64,000 nucleotides of DNA from Cenococcum geophilum (lineage: Eukaryota), in the NCBI GenBank assembly GCA_050273025.1, contig CP158635.1:310001-374000 (forward strand). The letters run 5' to 3'. How positions within the stretch are numbered: the stretch's first letter is position 1; each line of letters begins with the position of its first letter. The notes under the pieces were generated by a model, which was not told where the DNA came from, ran no database searches, and was given only the letters and a program-made list of their open reading frames with translations. Shown piece by piece: positions 63,797 through 64,000 of this stretch. The translations under genes and the position numbers were made by a program.

Positions 63797-64000
63797 ATTT
63801 GAAAAGACGAAAAGTGCGTTTGCACTCTGGAGAAAGTTCTTCAACGCAATAGCAACTAGGAAAGCCGAATGATGGAACTTTGTGAGCGAAAAATGCTTCA
63901 ATCAATACCTCCAAAAGGCCGTCTAGCTGCAATACCTCGAAGCGCGTCCTTCGGGTTTTTTGGTTAGCCCGACACCGTCAAAAGCGCCACGGTCTATCTA

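Noticed and set aside
63797..63901. 35-aa N-terminal extension of the DUF829 ORF
   Set aside because: It depends on a TTG start; the first ATG is at 63796.

Overview
Fungal (filamentous ascomycete-type) DNA. About 62.8 kb of the 64 kb window is a nest of transposable elements heavily mutated by RIP (TpA-rich, CpA/TpG-depleted, with CAA/CAG/TGG codons turned into stops). One intact host gene, a DUF829/PaxU-like alpha/beta-hydrolase, lies at the right end (minus strand, 62870-63796). LTRs, TIRs and target-site duplications (TSDs) resolve almost the whole nest. One minus-strand Gypsy chromovirus (12186-~58714) is the scaffold. It carries a full-length Tad1-like LINE (containing a GalEa Copia); a second GalEa (containing a classical Copia, which contains an Ngaro-type tyrosine-recombinase retrotransposon); a hAT (containing another full-length Gypsy); a non-autonomous GalEa derivative; a MITE; and a solo LTR. 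Its 3' LTR is interrupted by a further Gypsy that holds a gag-only LTR element with a TRIM, an ORF1-only LINE and a foldback MITE. A second hAT sits 12 bp past the host gene's stop codon. The most notable observations are a covarying palindrome shared by a Gypsy LTR and a Copia 3' UTR, a putatively self-priming TRIM with a tRNA T-arm-like hairpin, a DUF3716-like passenger in a hAT, a RIP-spared Gln-Ala-Pro repeat frame in a scrambled GalEa, and an Ngaro with readable recombination junctions. All calls were made by eye; no database searches were run.
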